Shown here piece by piece: positions 47,874 through 57,272 of a stretch of 64,000 nt of DNA. The notes beneath the pieces were generated by a model. That model made no database searches. It worked only from the letters and a program-made list of their open reading frames with translations, and was not told the DNA's origin. This DNA is from Gemmatimonadales bacterium (GTDB lineage Bacteria > Gemmatimonadota > Gemmatimonadetes > Gemmatimonadales > Gemmatimonadaceae): assembly GCA_038208605.1 (NCBI GenBank), contig JBBQYO010000001.1:1408-65407 (forward strand), written 5' to 3'. Within the stretch, counting starts at the first letter, position 1. The number at the start of each line of letters is the position of its first letter. Both the position numbers and the translations under genes were made by a program.

Positions 47874-48892
47874 GCCGCAGAAGTAGCGAGACTTGCAACC
47901 TCGCCATGCAGCGATGCCCTCAAGCGCAGCTCGTCCCATCTGTCGAGCAGCCAGGCTCTCACGGGCACCGGGGCGATTGGATTGACGAGAGCCTGAATCC
48001 CCTCCGACGCGAAATCCGAGCAGAGGCGCTCAACAGCATCTCCGCCGCCAGTGTTCTCTCTGCCGGCAGATACCGGCGAGAAATCACCCGCCATCAGCAG
48101 GTACCCAAATCGAGCCGCGCCGTCCGGCGCGACCACCGATCGCAGCTCATCGCTTTCATTGATGTAAGCGTGAGGCAGTGATCTCAGATGCTCGTGAACC
48201 ATTCCCGAGTATTCGCCGTCGGCGATCGCCACGACGAACAATGAGTTCAGCACGTATCCACTCTCTTCTGCCTGTCGGACCACCCGCCCGGGATCAGACA
48301 GACTACACCACGACAACGCCATCGCCCTCGGCTTCACCTTCTCCGCCAGCTCGATCGTTCGCATCAGATGTGCGGTTCCATCTTCTCCAGCACCTGCTTC
48401 GAGCTCGAGACTCCAGTCGGGCGGCTCTGGCACGTACGGTGGATTGCAGATTAGAAGATTCGGCCCGTATGCGCCGAGCATGTTGGCTGTCGCATCGGAC
48501 CAGAGATCGATGCAATCGAATTCGGCGCGATCATGCAACCCGAGAGTGCCGGCATTTCCTCTCGCCGTTTGGACGGCGCCTGGATCGACATCGAGCGCGG
48601 CCAGCCTGCTGCCGTGCTCGATCTTGAGCAGGTGAAGGCCGACGAGACCACTTCCAGTTGTAAGCTCCGCAATTCGCAGCGGTTCGTGGAATTCCTGGCG
48701 AACGCTGCTTCCTGGCGTGCGCGCGTGCGCGAGTGCTGCTTCAGCGGCACACACGCAGAGCAGGGTATCCTCGGGCGAAAAGAACGACGTAAATCGAAAA
48801 GGGGGAGCAAACGCGCGAAGTCGGCTTGCTTCGTCGATGAACGGGGCAAGCGTCTTGTTACTCTCGACTGGACGTCCAAAACGATGTGGCAT
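47870..48892 (-). CDS. HemK/PrmC-like (NPPY) N-methyltransferase
   Basis: PEDT, ELTTGSGLVG motif I variant, LDVDP.AV..A..N, ICNPPYVP, GAGEDG. Confidence 0.82.
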   Translation of the reverse strand: MPHRFGRPVESNKTLAPFIDEASRLRAFAPPFRFTSFFSPEDTLLCVCAAEAALAHARTPGSSVRQEFHEPLRIAELTTGSGLVGLHLLKIEHGSRLAALDVDPGAVQTARGNAGTLGLHDRAEFDCIDLWSDATANMLGAYGPNLLICNPPYVPEPPDWSLELEAGAGEDGTAHLMRTIELAEKVKPRAMALSWCSLSDPGRVVRQAEESGYVLNSLFVVAIADGEYSGMVHEHLRSLPHAYINESDELRSVVAPDGAARFGYLLMAGDFSPVSAGRENTGGGDAVERLCSDFASEGIQALVNPIAPVPVRAWLLDRWDELRLRASLHGEVASLATSAA

Positions 48893-49002
48893 GAATCCGA
48901 GCAGTCCGTAAAAGAAGGCTCATCTTTTGCAAATTGGAGCATTACAGCGCGCCCTGGATGTGCAGCGCTGATCATTGATCTTTGCACAGGCCGAGCCACA
49001 CC

Positions 49003-50127
49003 ATGCTTGAATCCATAGAGATCCCCACCGTTCCTTTACTTCCGCCAGTGGCAGGTGCTGGGTCGACGGCCGAAAGGAGGCTCAGCGGAATGCTCAGAAG
49101 CATTGTCGAAGAGCGGGACCTTGACGGTTTTCTCGAGCGGGAAATCGGCCTCGAAGAGGAGCTTGTCACCGAAGCTCGCACACTCGCACGACGGGCATAC
49201 CCTGCGGATCGCACCACAGACAGGCAGAGCGCCAGCTGGATCGACCACTCAGCACGTGACGAGATGCATCGATCCCTCGTGGTTCTGTATCAGCAGCACC
49301 TGCGGCTTCCTACCGACTCGGCACTCGCGAATCAGTACCACCCGCTTCCCTGTAGAGTGCTTAGAGAGCTCGAGCTTCCGTGGGAGAGCGACATGCTCCG
49401 AAGAATTCGCGCGAGTCATTCATTTTCTCCGGATTCGCTTCCGGAAGGCCCGGCGGAATTCAGTCAGTGGTACAAGACGACTGCGTTCAATCATCCCCTT
49501 TACGAGCATGATCTCTACGCATTCCTGGCCAGCGAAGCGACAAGACCTCAGCTCGAGTGGTTCTTCAGAATGGAGTGCGCTGGCGAGGCTGCCTTCGATG
49601 ATCTTGTCGCACTCGCGCAAGTCGGTACACGAGGCGAAGTGAAGATGGAGATGGCTTCGAATTACTGGGACGAAATGGGAAAGGGAAAAACGCACGCCGT
49701 TCACACGCATCTTTTTCATCGCCTGATCGAGGGCCTCAACATTCAGTCGCCTGATGCATCCGAGCTGCCGTGGCAGGTTCTTTCCGGAGTCAATGTGATG
49801 CTCTGGAGCTGCATCCCGCGACGAAATGCGTTTCGCGCCCAGGGCACCCTCGGCGCAGTGGAGCTGCTTGCCCCGCAGAGATGCACACGCGTCGTTCATG
49901 GTGCGCTTCGAGTCGGGATGAAAAAAAAAGCAGTCGTCTATTACGGTGCCCATGCGATAATCGACATCGGTCACGCCGAAGGCTGGCTGAGCCATGTGAT
50001 CGAGCCGCAGGTCAATGCCTTCCCTGACTCTCGTGCCGGTATCGCCGAGGGATTGTTGATCAGGGCAGACGCAAGTCTCGACTACTTCGACTATTGCCTG
50101 GCGGCAGCCAGGCAGATCGCGGCATGA
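49003..50127 (+). CDS. heme-oxygenase-like diiron oxidase (HDO, iron-containing redox enzyme family)
   Basis: FDDLVALAQ, NYWDEMG.G...VH..LF, AVE, YY.AH..ID.GH..GW: the E/H/E/H/D/H diiron ligand set. Confidence 0.88.
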   Translation: MLESIEIPTVPLLPPVAGAGSTAERRLSGMLRSIVEERDLDGFLEREIGLEEELVTEARTLARRAYPADRTTDRQSASWIDHSARDEMHRSLVVLYQQHLRLPTDSALANQYHPLPCRVLRELELPWESDMLRRIRASHSFSPDSLPEGPAEFSQWYKTTAFNHPLYEHDLYAFLASEATRPQLEWFFRMECAGEAAFDDLVALAQVGTRGEVKMEMASNYWDEMGKGKTHAVHTHLFHRLIEGLNIQSPDASELPWQVLSGVNVMLWSCIPRRNAFRAQGTLGAVELLAPQRCTRVVHGALRVGMKKKAVVYYGAHAIIDIGHAEGWLSHVIEPQVNAFPDSRAGIAEGLLIRADASLDYFDYCLAAARQIAA

Positions 50128-50146
50128 GCCGCACACCACTGAACAC

Positions 50147-50173
50147 AAAAGCCCCGGCACGCCGGGGCTTTTT
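50147..50173. terminator. bidirectional intrinsic terminator
   Basis: AAAAGCCCCGGC-AC-GCCGGGGCTTTTT between convergent genes. Confidence 0.85.
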
Positions 50174-50199
50174 CACATCGTGTTTTCATATCGCGTAGT

Positions 50200-51141
50200 T
50201 CAGGCTGAACCAACGACGACCATCGGACCAGTGGGTGATGGCATTCCACCTTCGGGCTCCTCTGTGATGGCGACGGCCTTCAATGCATCGCGCGCGAGTG
50301 CGTAGTTCGCGTGCATGACGGTTCTTCCCTGCGAGTCTGGACGGAAAGTGCCAGCTGAAATTTTTGCCTTGTCAGTCACCAGCCACACTTGATACGTCTT
50401 CCCGGGTTTGGGGGCTGGCAGGCCGTAGGTCACCATCATCCAGTCGTTGGTCACCCGATTCCAGAACATTCGTCCAAGCGGTTGAGGCGCACTCTTGTCG
50501 GCAAGAGCGACAACCTTCACGTCGGAGCCGGCCATCGCAGTGATCATCGCGTCCTTCTCGGTAAGCAGCGACGCCATGCTGTCGCTCTTCGGCTGCCCGG
50601 TGTCACCGCTCGCCAACTCGGAACGCATCGCGCTGTTTTCTCTCGTCACGCGAAATAGCTGCACACCAGTAATCACGAATGCGACTGTTGCAGCGATCGC
50701 ATACCAGTTCAATCGTCGGGGCACCGGCTCGAACGCGACGTGCCGGCGCGTTGGCGCTGGAGGAGTCACCACTCGCTTCTGCTCGAGAGAAACTGGTCGC
50801 TGCGCACCCGGCGTAGCTTTGTGCCCCAAACCAGTCAGGCTCGCCACTCCTCGAGCCAGATCGGGCGGACCTGGAGTGGGGGCCGCGTGTGACTCACGCT
50901 CATTACGGGCGCGCATGATGAGACGCGAGCGAATTCCGGCGCCGCGACCGAGATTCATTTTCGTGGTGGGCACCAGCTCGCCAAGTGCAGCCACCGTCGC
51001 TTCCATTGCTGCGAGCTCGGGCCCGCACTCGGGACAGACCGACGCATGAGCACGCACGGACTCGGCGACCTCGGCAGAGGCCGAGTCGAGCGCAACCGCT
51101 GCCAGCTCGGAGGACGCCTCCTCGTGGCTCATCTCGGTCAC
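50200..51141 (-). CDS. anti-sigma factor (RskA-like)
   Basis: HxxxCxxC ZAS motif, one TM segment, LPAP..GKTYQVW, ISAGTF, AITEEP.GG..SPTG. Confidence 0.9.
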   Translation of the reverse strand: MTEMSHEEASSELAAVALDSASAEVAESVRAHASVCPECGPELAAMEATVAALGELVPTTKMNLGRGAGIRSRLIMRARNERESHAAPTPGPPDLARGVASLTGLGHKATPGAQRPVSLEQKRVVTPPAPTRRHVAFEPVPRRLNWYAIAATVAFVITGVQLFRVTRENSAMRSELASGDTGQPKSDSMASLLTEKDAMITAMAGSDVKVVALADKSAPQPLGRMFWNRVTNDWMMVTYGLPAPKPGKTYQVWLVTDKAKISAGTFRPDSQGRTVMHANYALARDALKAVAITEEPEGGMPSPTGPMVVVGSA

Positions 51142-51800
51142 TCCGTCACCCTGCGATGCATTGATAGTGGCTCCCTCAGTTTCTGCATTGCCAGACGCAT
51201 TCGCGTTTTGACAGTTCCAAGCGGCTGACCCGTTCTGTCAGCGATTTCCGTTTGACTCAAACCACCGAAATATCCAAGCTCGAGCACTTCTCGCTGCTCA
51301 GCCGGCAGCTCTTTCATGGCTGCCATCACATGCGTCCTGAGCTCACTCCCCTCGGTCTCTTCCGACGGATCGAGACCGGGCGCCGCCATGTCCGCGAACG
51401 TTCTGTCTCCACCTACCGGATCTTCGCGATAGCGGCGCCTGGCACGAATCCGGTCGAGTGCCTTTCGCCGTCCGATAGTCAGCAGCCATGTGGACACCGC
51501 GCCTTTTGAGGGCTCGTACGTCGATGATTTCTTCCAGGCCTGCCAGAACGTTTCTTCAACGACATCTTCCGCTTCATCGGCATCCTGCAACAAATGGAAG
51601 ACCAGCGAATACAGTGAACGAACCCATCGATCGTACAGAGCACCGAGTGCTGTTTCGTCGGCATCGCACATGCGTCGGATCAGCGCCACATCGTCGGCGT
51701 TCGATCTTGTCTGACTGGAATACGATACTTCCCGCTCGGACGGATTCATCGGCCTCGAATCTACCACAGGGTTTTTTTCACTGCCAAGCATATGCGGCAC
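51138..51800 (-). CDS. ECF sigma-70 factor (SigK-like); start may be 51749
   Basis: ALGALYDR, AEDVVEETF.QAW, WLLTI.RRKALD, GLSQTEIA...G.PLGTVKTRMR. Confidence 0.93.
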   Translation of the reverse strand: MPHMLGSEKNPVVDSRPMNPSEREVSYSSQTRSNADDVALIRRMCDADETALGALYDRWVRSLYSLVFHLLQDADEAEDVVEETFWQAWKKSSTYEPSKGAVSTWLLTIGRRKALDRIRARRRYREDPVGGDRTFADMAAPGLDPSEETEGSELRTHVMAAMKELPAEQREVLELGYFGGLSQTEIADRTGQPLGTVKTRMRLAMQKLREPLSMHRRVTE

Positions 51801-51855
51801 AGCGTGATGTGCGCTATTCGGTCAAGGCATTAATCGTGCGAAACCGCCATCGACA

Positions 51856-51894
51856 GAAAAAGAAGAGCCGGGGCAGCGCGTGTCGCCCCGGCTC
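51856..51894 (-). terminator. glnA intrinsic terminator
   Basis: GAGCCGGGGC/GCCCCGGCTC stem with a U-rich tail on the minus strand. Confidence 0.7.
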
Positions 51895-51996
51895 GGTTTG
51901 ATCCTGTCAGCTGTACCGCTGTTCACCGATGACTGTTGACTGTTGACTGAGCTTGGAACCGGATAGCCGTAGCTGCGTTACCCGGTCGTAGCACCG

Positions 51997-53364
51997 TCAG
52001 TACTTCGCTAAGTAATTATCAAGCTCCCACTGCGAAACCTGCGTGATGTACTCCTCCCACTCCTGGCGCTTTGCTGCGAGAAAGTTCGATGTGATGTGCT
52101 CGCCCAGCGCTTCCTTGATCACCGTATCCCTCTCCAGCTCGTTGCACGCTTCTTCGAGGTTGTGCGGCAGGTCGTCGATCTTGAGCCGCCGCTTCTCGCG
52201 GTGTGACATCTCCCAGATGTTGGTGTTCACTGGCTCACGCGCGTCGGTCTTGTTCTCGATTCCGTCGAGGCCTGCGGCAAGCTGAACTGCCAGCGCCAGG
52301 TACGGGTTCGCGGCGGGATCGGGAATGCGCAACTCGCAACGCGTGCCGAGCCCGCGACGATCAGGAATACGAATCATCGGAGTGCGATTGCGCATCGACC
52401 ACGCAACGTTCACCGGTGCTTCGTAGCCCGGCACCAGTCGCTTGTACGAATTCACGAGCGGGTTGGTGATCGCGCAGAATCCGCGCGCGTGACTCAACAA
52501 TCCGCCGATGTAATTCAGCGCCGTCGCGGACAGCTCCCACTGGGCCGACTTGTCCCAGAACGCATTCTCTTTTCCGCGGAACAGCGACTGATGCGTGTGC
52601 ATTCCGCTGCCGTTCTGGCCAAACACCGGCTTCGGCATGAACGACGCCATCAAGCCAAACTGCTGAGCGACATGACGGACGATGAAACGGAACGTCGCAA
52701 TGTTATCTGCAGTCTTCAGCGCATCCGCATAGCGGAAATCGATCTCGTGCTGTCCGTGCGCTACTTCATGATGCGCCGCTTCGACTTCAAAACCCATCTT
52801 CTCGAGTACTTCGACAATCGCTCGTCGTGCGTCCTCACCGAGATCTACCGGCGCCAGATCGAAGTATGCGCCGACGTCGTGCGTCGTTGTCGTCGCTTCT
52901 CCATTCGGCCCCGTCTTGAACATGAAGAACTCCGCCTCCATGCCTGCGTTCATCGTCGAGAATCCCAGCCCGCGGGCACGGTCGAGCTGGCGCCGCAATA
53001 CGCGCCTCGGATCGCCGGCAAACGGCTCGCCATCAGGCGTATTAATGTCGCAGATGAGGCGGGCTACGCGGTTATCATCGTCGCCCCACGGAAAGATCTG
53101 AAACGTGCTGAGATCGGGCGACAGCAGCATGTCCGACTCCTCGATCCGAACGAAACCTTCGATCGACGATCCGTCGAACATGATGTCGCCGTCGAGGGCC
53201 TTCGCGAATTGAGACCGCGGAATCTCGACGTTCTTGTTGACGCCGAGGATGTCAGTGAACTGAAGCCGCAGAAAATGAACGTTGCTGCTCGAAGCAAGGT
53301 CGAGAATGTCTTTCTTGCTGGCTCCGGTCGTGTCCGGAGCAGCGGGACTTTTCTTGGGAGGCAC
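51997..53364 (-). CDS. glnA: type I glutamine synthetase
   Basis: QFTDILG, FDGSSIEGF, HHEVAHGQHEI, FMPKP, NGSGMH, NSYKRLVPGYEAP, ELR.PDP.ANPYLA. Confidence 0.97.
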   Translation of the reverse strand: MPPKKSPAAPDTTGASKKDILDLASSSNVHFLRLQFTDILGVNKNVEIPRSQFAKALDGDIMFDGSSIEGFVRIEESDMLLSPDLSTFQIFPWGDDDNRVARLICDINTPDGEPFAGDPRRVLRRQLDRARGLGFSTMNAGMEAEFFMFKTGPNGEATTTTHDVGAYFDLAPVDLGEDARRAIVEVLEKMGFEVEAAHHEVAHGQHEIDFRYADALKTADNIATFRFIVRHVAQQFGLMASFMPKPVFGQNGSGMHTHQSLFRGKENAFWDKSAQWELSATALNYIGGLLSHARGFCAITNPLVNSYKRLVPGYEAPVNVAWSMRNRTPMIRIPDRRGLGTRCELRIPDPAANPYLALAVQLAAGLDGIENKTDAREPVNTNIWEMSHREKRRLKIDDLPHNLEEACNELERDTVIKEALGEHITSNFLAAKRQEWEEYITQVSQWELDNYLAKY

Positions 53365-53405
53365 TTGAGAATCCGGTAAACGGGAGGGGAGAAACGGAAG
53401 CGCGG

Positions 53406-53434
53406 AAGCTAGATCGTTCTTGTCGAGGTGTCAA
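53406..53434 (-). promoter_or_regulatory. putative sigma70 promoter of glnA
   Basis: TTGACA-17 nt-TAGCTT on the minus strand. Confidence 0.55.
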
Positions 53435-53506
53435 TCAAAATGTGCGTTAGTTGCACTAAACTGACCGCAACATGTAGGAACAAGGCCGAACGTCCGCTGG
53501 ATGTGA

Positions 53507-54640
53507 TTATTTTTCTGCCTGCACAGCAATTTTCGATGGTCGACTCGCGATCGTTGAATTAATCCCGCGTCGATTGCTCTGCACTACGCCGGCGAACATT
53601 TCCTCGTACGCGTCGAGCATTCCGCCAATCGTGAACCGCTCCGCTACCCGGCGCCGCCCCGCATCCGCCATTCCGGACCTCGCCGCCGGATCCGAAGCGA
53701 GCCGGACGACCGCACCCACCAGCGCAGGCGCATCCCGATCCTGCACCAGAGCTCCCTCGATGCCATCTCTCATCAGCTCGGGCGTGCCCGAAACCGCCGT
53801 GGCGACAACCGGCACTCCGGCAGCCATCGCTTCGAGAACGACATTGGGTGCGCCCTCTACGTGCGACGGCAGAATCAGGATATCGAGAGCTTTCAGAATT
53901 CCCGTCACATCCTTTCGGTAGCCGAGCCATTTCACGCGTGGCGCATCTCCGAAAATCGATCTCATCTCTTTCTCTCGCGATCCCTTCCCACACAGGATCA
54001 GATGTGCATCAGGGATTGCAGCGGCTATCTCCGGCCACGCCTTCGCGAGCTCGATCACTCCCTTGCGGCTCTCGAACGCGCCTACGTATCCGATCGCCAG
54101 ATCCCCCGGCGGCACCAGCGACTCATCCGGCTCCGCAGCCTCGTAGCGATCTGCATCGGTACCATTGTAGATCACCTTGATCCGGTCGGCGGACAGCCAG
54201 GGCGCGGAACGAAGGAGCGTTCTCTTCGTCGCTTCGGCATTCACGACGTGAAGAGTGGGAAGCGACCCGTAAAGAGTTTGTCCGTATGGCCCCCGGTGAA
54301 GCGGCCGGTCGTTGGCATGACGAATCACAACCGGGATCTTCATCATCGCCGCGACCATGGCTGTCATCGTCGTGTCCTTCTTCATCAGCGTCAATACGAC
54401 TTCCGGCCGATTCCGGCGCATCGAGCGCATGACATTCCAGAGTACACGCGGATTGAAATCGACACCTCCGACAATTGGCTCGAAGGCCGCGAAGCCCCTT
54501 ACGTGCTCCTCGAGCGTTCCCCCGGGAAAACCAAATACTCTGACCTCGTGCCCCCGGAGCGACAACCCTCGAGCGAGGATTTCCGTCACGGTCTGAACCC
54601 CGCCCCATTTGGTCGACGAGTTGCTCAGTACGATTCGCAT
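53507..54640 (-). CDS. glycosyltransferase family 4
   Basis: WGGVQ, VIYNG, RKG, LPSHVEGAPNVVLEAMAAGVPVVAT. Confidence 0.92.
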   Translation of the reverse strand: MRIVLSNSSTKWGGVQTVTEILARGLSLRGHEVRVFGFPGGTLEEHVRGFAAFEPIVGGVDFNPRVLWNVMRSMRRNRPEVVLTLMKKDTTMTAMVAAMMKIPVVIRHANDRPLHRGPYGQTLYGSLPTLHVVNAEATKRTLLRSAPWLSADRIKVIYNGTDADRYEAAEPDESLVPPGDLAIGYVGAFESRKGVIELAKAWPEIAAAIPDAHLILCGKGSREKEMRSIFGDAPRVKWLGYRKDVTGILKALDILILPSHVEGAPNVVLEAMAAGVPVVATAVSGTPELMRDGIEGALVQDRDAPALVGAVVRLASDPAARSGMADAGRRRVAERFTIGGMLDAYEEMFAGVVQSNRRGINSTIASRPSKIAVQAEK

Positions 54641-54754
54641 TGCCCGCCGGTGCATGCGTACCAGGAGAGATCCATCATTTGAATCTAGACTTCACTGTTT
54701 CTTGGCGGCACCGAAGCCACGCATTCGACCCGCATCGGCTTTAGGTTGTAGGCC

Positions 54755-55594
54755 ATGACGCAGCCATCGACTTCCGAGATCATTTGCCCGGTCTGTTCCA
54801 CCCCGGGCACGGGGCGATTTTGCGCCAGCTGCGGCGCCACGCTCGAGACTTCCAAGTGCGCCGGGTGTGACGCTTCGCTTTCCCCCGGCGCCCGCTTTTG
54901 TCATCGTTGCGGACGAGCCGTTGGCGCAGGAGTGCGACCGAATACGGCTGACTCTGCAATGCCTCCGGCACCGGCGTCTTCCCTGCCCTGGATTGTCGCA
55001 GCGATCGCACTCGTCTGCATGCTCGCGTTTTTTGCTGGCAGCTTCTATCGCTCCCGGCGCAGCAGCACGCTCGACGCTCCGCAGAACGCACTTCCGCAGG
55101 CAGGTCTCGACGATCGTGGCCAGCAGGACGCGGGCGGTGAACCGGTTCGCGCACCGGACATCTCGCAGCTGTCGCCGCAGGAGCGCGCCGACCGGCTCTT
55201 CAACCGAGTGATGATGCTCAACAGCCAGGGCAAGAGCGACAGTGTGCTGTTTTTCGCACCGATGACGCTCGAAGCGTACCGAATGCTGAGTCCAATGAAT
55301 GCGGATCAGCGATATGACATGGGCCGCATCGCCGAGGTGGCGGGGGCGATTCCGCTGGCGCACGCGCAGGCCGATACGATTCTTCAGCAGAACCCCACCC
55401 ACCTGCTCGGGCTGATTCTCGCCGCGCGCGTGGCGAGTCTCGAGAAGAATTCAGCTGGCAAGGCCGCGTTCACGGCGAGGTTTCTTTCTGCACTGAAGGC
55501 TGAAACCGCCAAGGCGCTGCCGGAGTATGAGCGGCATCAGGATGACATTTCAACTGCAGCTGCCGAGGCCCGCCAGGGTCCGTCAGGCAGGTGA
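54755..55594 (+). CDS. double zinc-ribbon membrane protein
   Basis: CPVC..CASCG..CAGC..CHRCG, one TM segment, helical C-terminal domain. Confidence 0.85.
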   Translation: MTQPSTSEIICPVCSTPGTGRFCASCGATLETSKCAGCDASLSPGARFCHRCGRAVGAGVRPNTADSAMPPAPASSLPWIVAAIALVCMLAFFAGSFYRSRRSSTLDAPQNALPQAGLDDRGQQDAGGEPVRAPDISQLSPQERADRLFNRVMMLNSQGKSDSVLFFAPMTLEAYRMLSPMNADQRYDMGRIAEVAGAIPLAHAQADTILQQNPTHLLGLILAARVASLEKNSAGKAAFTARFLSALKAETAKALPEYERHQDDISTAAAEARQGPSGR

Positions 55595-55602
55595 AATAAA
55601 TA

Positions 55603-55620
55603 GGCGGATCGAGATCCGCC
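55603..55620. terminator. hairpin (terminator-like) abutting a TTGACG -35 element
   Basis: GGCGGATC-GA-GATCCGCC just after the zinc-ribbon gene stop. Confidence 0.5.
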
Positions 55621-55773
55621 CTTGACGTGCTGCGCTCGATATCGTATTCGCTCACATTCACGGGCTCTTCGCAGTCTTGCGCTGGAGCAGGGCACGCGTC
55701 GTGCAGCGTGGCGCACGAACAATTGCAGGTGGTGAGTTTACGGGAATGATGAAACTGTCAAAGGGGGACGAGC

Positions 55774-56607
55774 ATGCCGAGTGACGAGGTAAGAGAGACG
55801 TTCAGGTTCGCCGACGATGATGACTCGGATGACCTCGGCGGCGGTGGTGGTGGTGGTGGCGGCTTCGGCCGCGGGAAACGGTCGTACGATGATGACGACG
55901 ACGAAGAGAATGGCGGATGGGCGATCAACGAGGATCACAGCGACCGTCTCTGGGACAGTGCTGACGATGTCGATGACGATGATGAGGATGCCGTCGCTAC
56001 GGGCGACGCTGACGAAGCAGAAGATGAAGAGGAAGAGGAGGATCTCTTCGGAGGCGGAGCACCACGCGGACGTCGCGGCCGGCCCAAGGGCTCGACCGCC
56101 GCGAATCGCGAAAAGCAGCTGCTCGCCACCACCCGTCCCGCAAAGGAAGCTCAGACCGAGTTGATGGGCGATGACGAGATGGATCTCGATGACGACGACA
56201 TGAGCGAAGAGCCGCCGAGTGCGCCGCCATCGGGAAAGAAGAGCGCGTCACCTGCGTCGTCTTCTGAGTCGGCGTCTGCGAAAAAAAGCTCTTCCTCGGG
56301 CGCCGCCAAGACTTCAAAGCCGCCAGTAAAACCTCCGGCTAAGAAAGCTTCGAGCGCTCCGCCGGTGAAAAACAAGTCATCGATGGCGAAGAAGTCAGTG
56401 CCGAAAGCCTCGAAGCCGAAGCCGGCGATGAGCAAGAAGACGACATCGAAGAGCAAGCCGGCCGCGAAGAAGTCGGCACCGGCAAAGAAGTCGTCGTCCG
56501 CTGGCAAGGGAATGTCAAAAAGCGCGAGCAAGAAGACGACTTCGTCGAAGAGCAGCGCCAAAAAAGGCAAACCAGCAGCGAAAAAGTCGGGTAAGGGTCG
56601 CCGCTAG
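55774..56607 (+). CDS. low-complexity protein: acidic N-terminus, AT-hook, histone H1-like K/A/S/P C-terminus
   Basis: D/E runs, poly-G, RGRRGRPKG, PAAKK/PAKK repeats. Confidence 0.8.
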   Translation: MPSDEVRETFRFADDDDSDDLGGGGGGGGGFGRGKRSYDDDDDEENGGWAINEDHSDRLWDSADDVDDDDEDAVATGDADEAEDEEEEEDLFGGGAPRGRRGRPKGSTAANREKQLLATTRPAKEAQTELMGDDEMDLDDDDMSEEPPSAPPSGKKSASPASSSESASAKKSSSSGAAKTSKPPVKPPAKKASSAPPVKNKSSMAKKSVPKASKPKPAMSKKTTSKSKPAAKKSAPAKKSSSAGKGMSKSASKKTTSSKSSAKKGKPAAKKSGKGRR

Positions 56608-56610
56608 GAG

Positions 56611-57252
56611 TTACTTCAGCTCTCGCGCGATCTCGGCGTCGAGTGCATCGAGCTCGCGTTGGAGATGTTGTTCGAGCCGGCGTGTGTACTGAGGATTTGA
56701 CTCCTCGGATCGCACGACCGGCTCTCCTATTCTCACGAGGCAGTCTGGCTTTTCTTTTTTCAGGAATTCGTAGCGGAACCCGATTGGTACCATCGTCGCC
56801 TCCGGTACGGCCCCGGCGATTCGAGCCAGTCCCGATTTGAATCTCATGGGCGACCTCGAAGGAAAGATTGCTCCCTGAGGACAAACCCACAGGATTGTAC
56901 GAACCCCGGATCGAAGCACCTTTGCAGAATGCTCGACTACCGCGCGCGCGTCTGCCAGGGCGCTCTCGGTGGGACCAAAAAATCCGAGGTGGCGAAAGAA
57001 GGGGTATTTTTTGATCTGTTCGCCCTCCATGAGAGCGTGCAGCTCGCGCCGGAATAAGTCGTGCGTTAGATGTACCGGGACCACGGCGTCCCACCATGCG
57101 CTGTGGTTCATGTAGGCTATGATCGGACTGTCTGTTTGCGGGAAGCGTGCTCCGCTCAGACGCACACCGCTGAATTGTTTTCGAATCAGCCGCCGCGCGT
57201 ACGCAGTGTAGATACTTTCCAGAACTGAATTTTTTCTGGCTTCGATCAGCAT
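56611..57252 (-). CDS. lysophospholipid acyltransferase family protein
   Basis: NHSAWWD, FF..LG.F, CPQG, FKSG. Confidence 0.85.
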   Translation of the reverse strand: MLIEARKNSVLESIYTAYARRLIRKQFSGVRLSGARFPQTDSPIIAYMNHSAWWDAVVPVHLTHDLFRRELHALMEGEQIKKYPFFRHLGFFGPTESALADARAVVEHSAKVLRSGVRTILWVCPQGAIFPSRSPMRFKSGLARIAGAVPEATMVPIGFRYEFLKKEKPDCLVRIGEPVVRSEESNPQYTRRLEQHLQRELDALDAEIARELK

Positions 57253-57272
57253 CAGACTCGGGGTGTGGACAG

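Noticed and set aside
52489-53379. Long antisense ORFs (this one, and 5352-6389, 9420-10418, 41655-42569, 56339-57328)
   Set aside because: They are shadow frames opposite well-supported genes, expected at high GC, and carry no motifs.
53441-53460. Nitrogen-regulator box upstream of glnA (GTGC-N7-GCAC)
   Set aside because: The arms are only 4 bp and do not match the NtrC or GlnR consensus.
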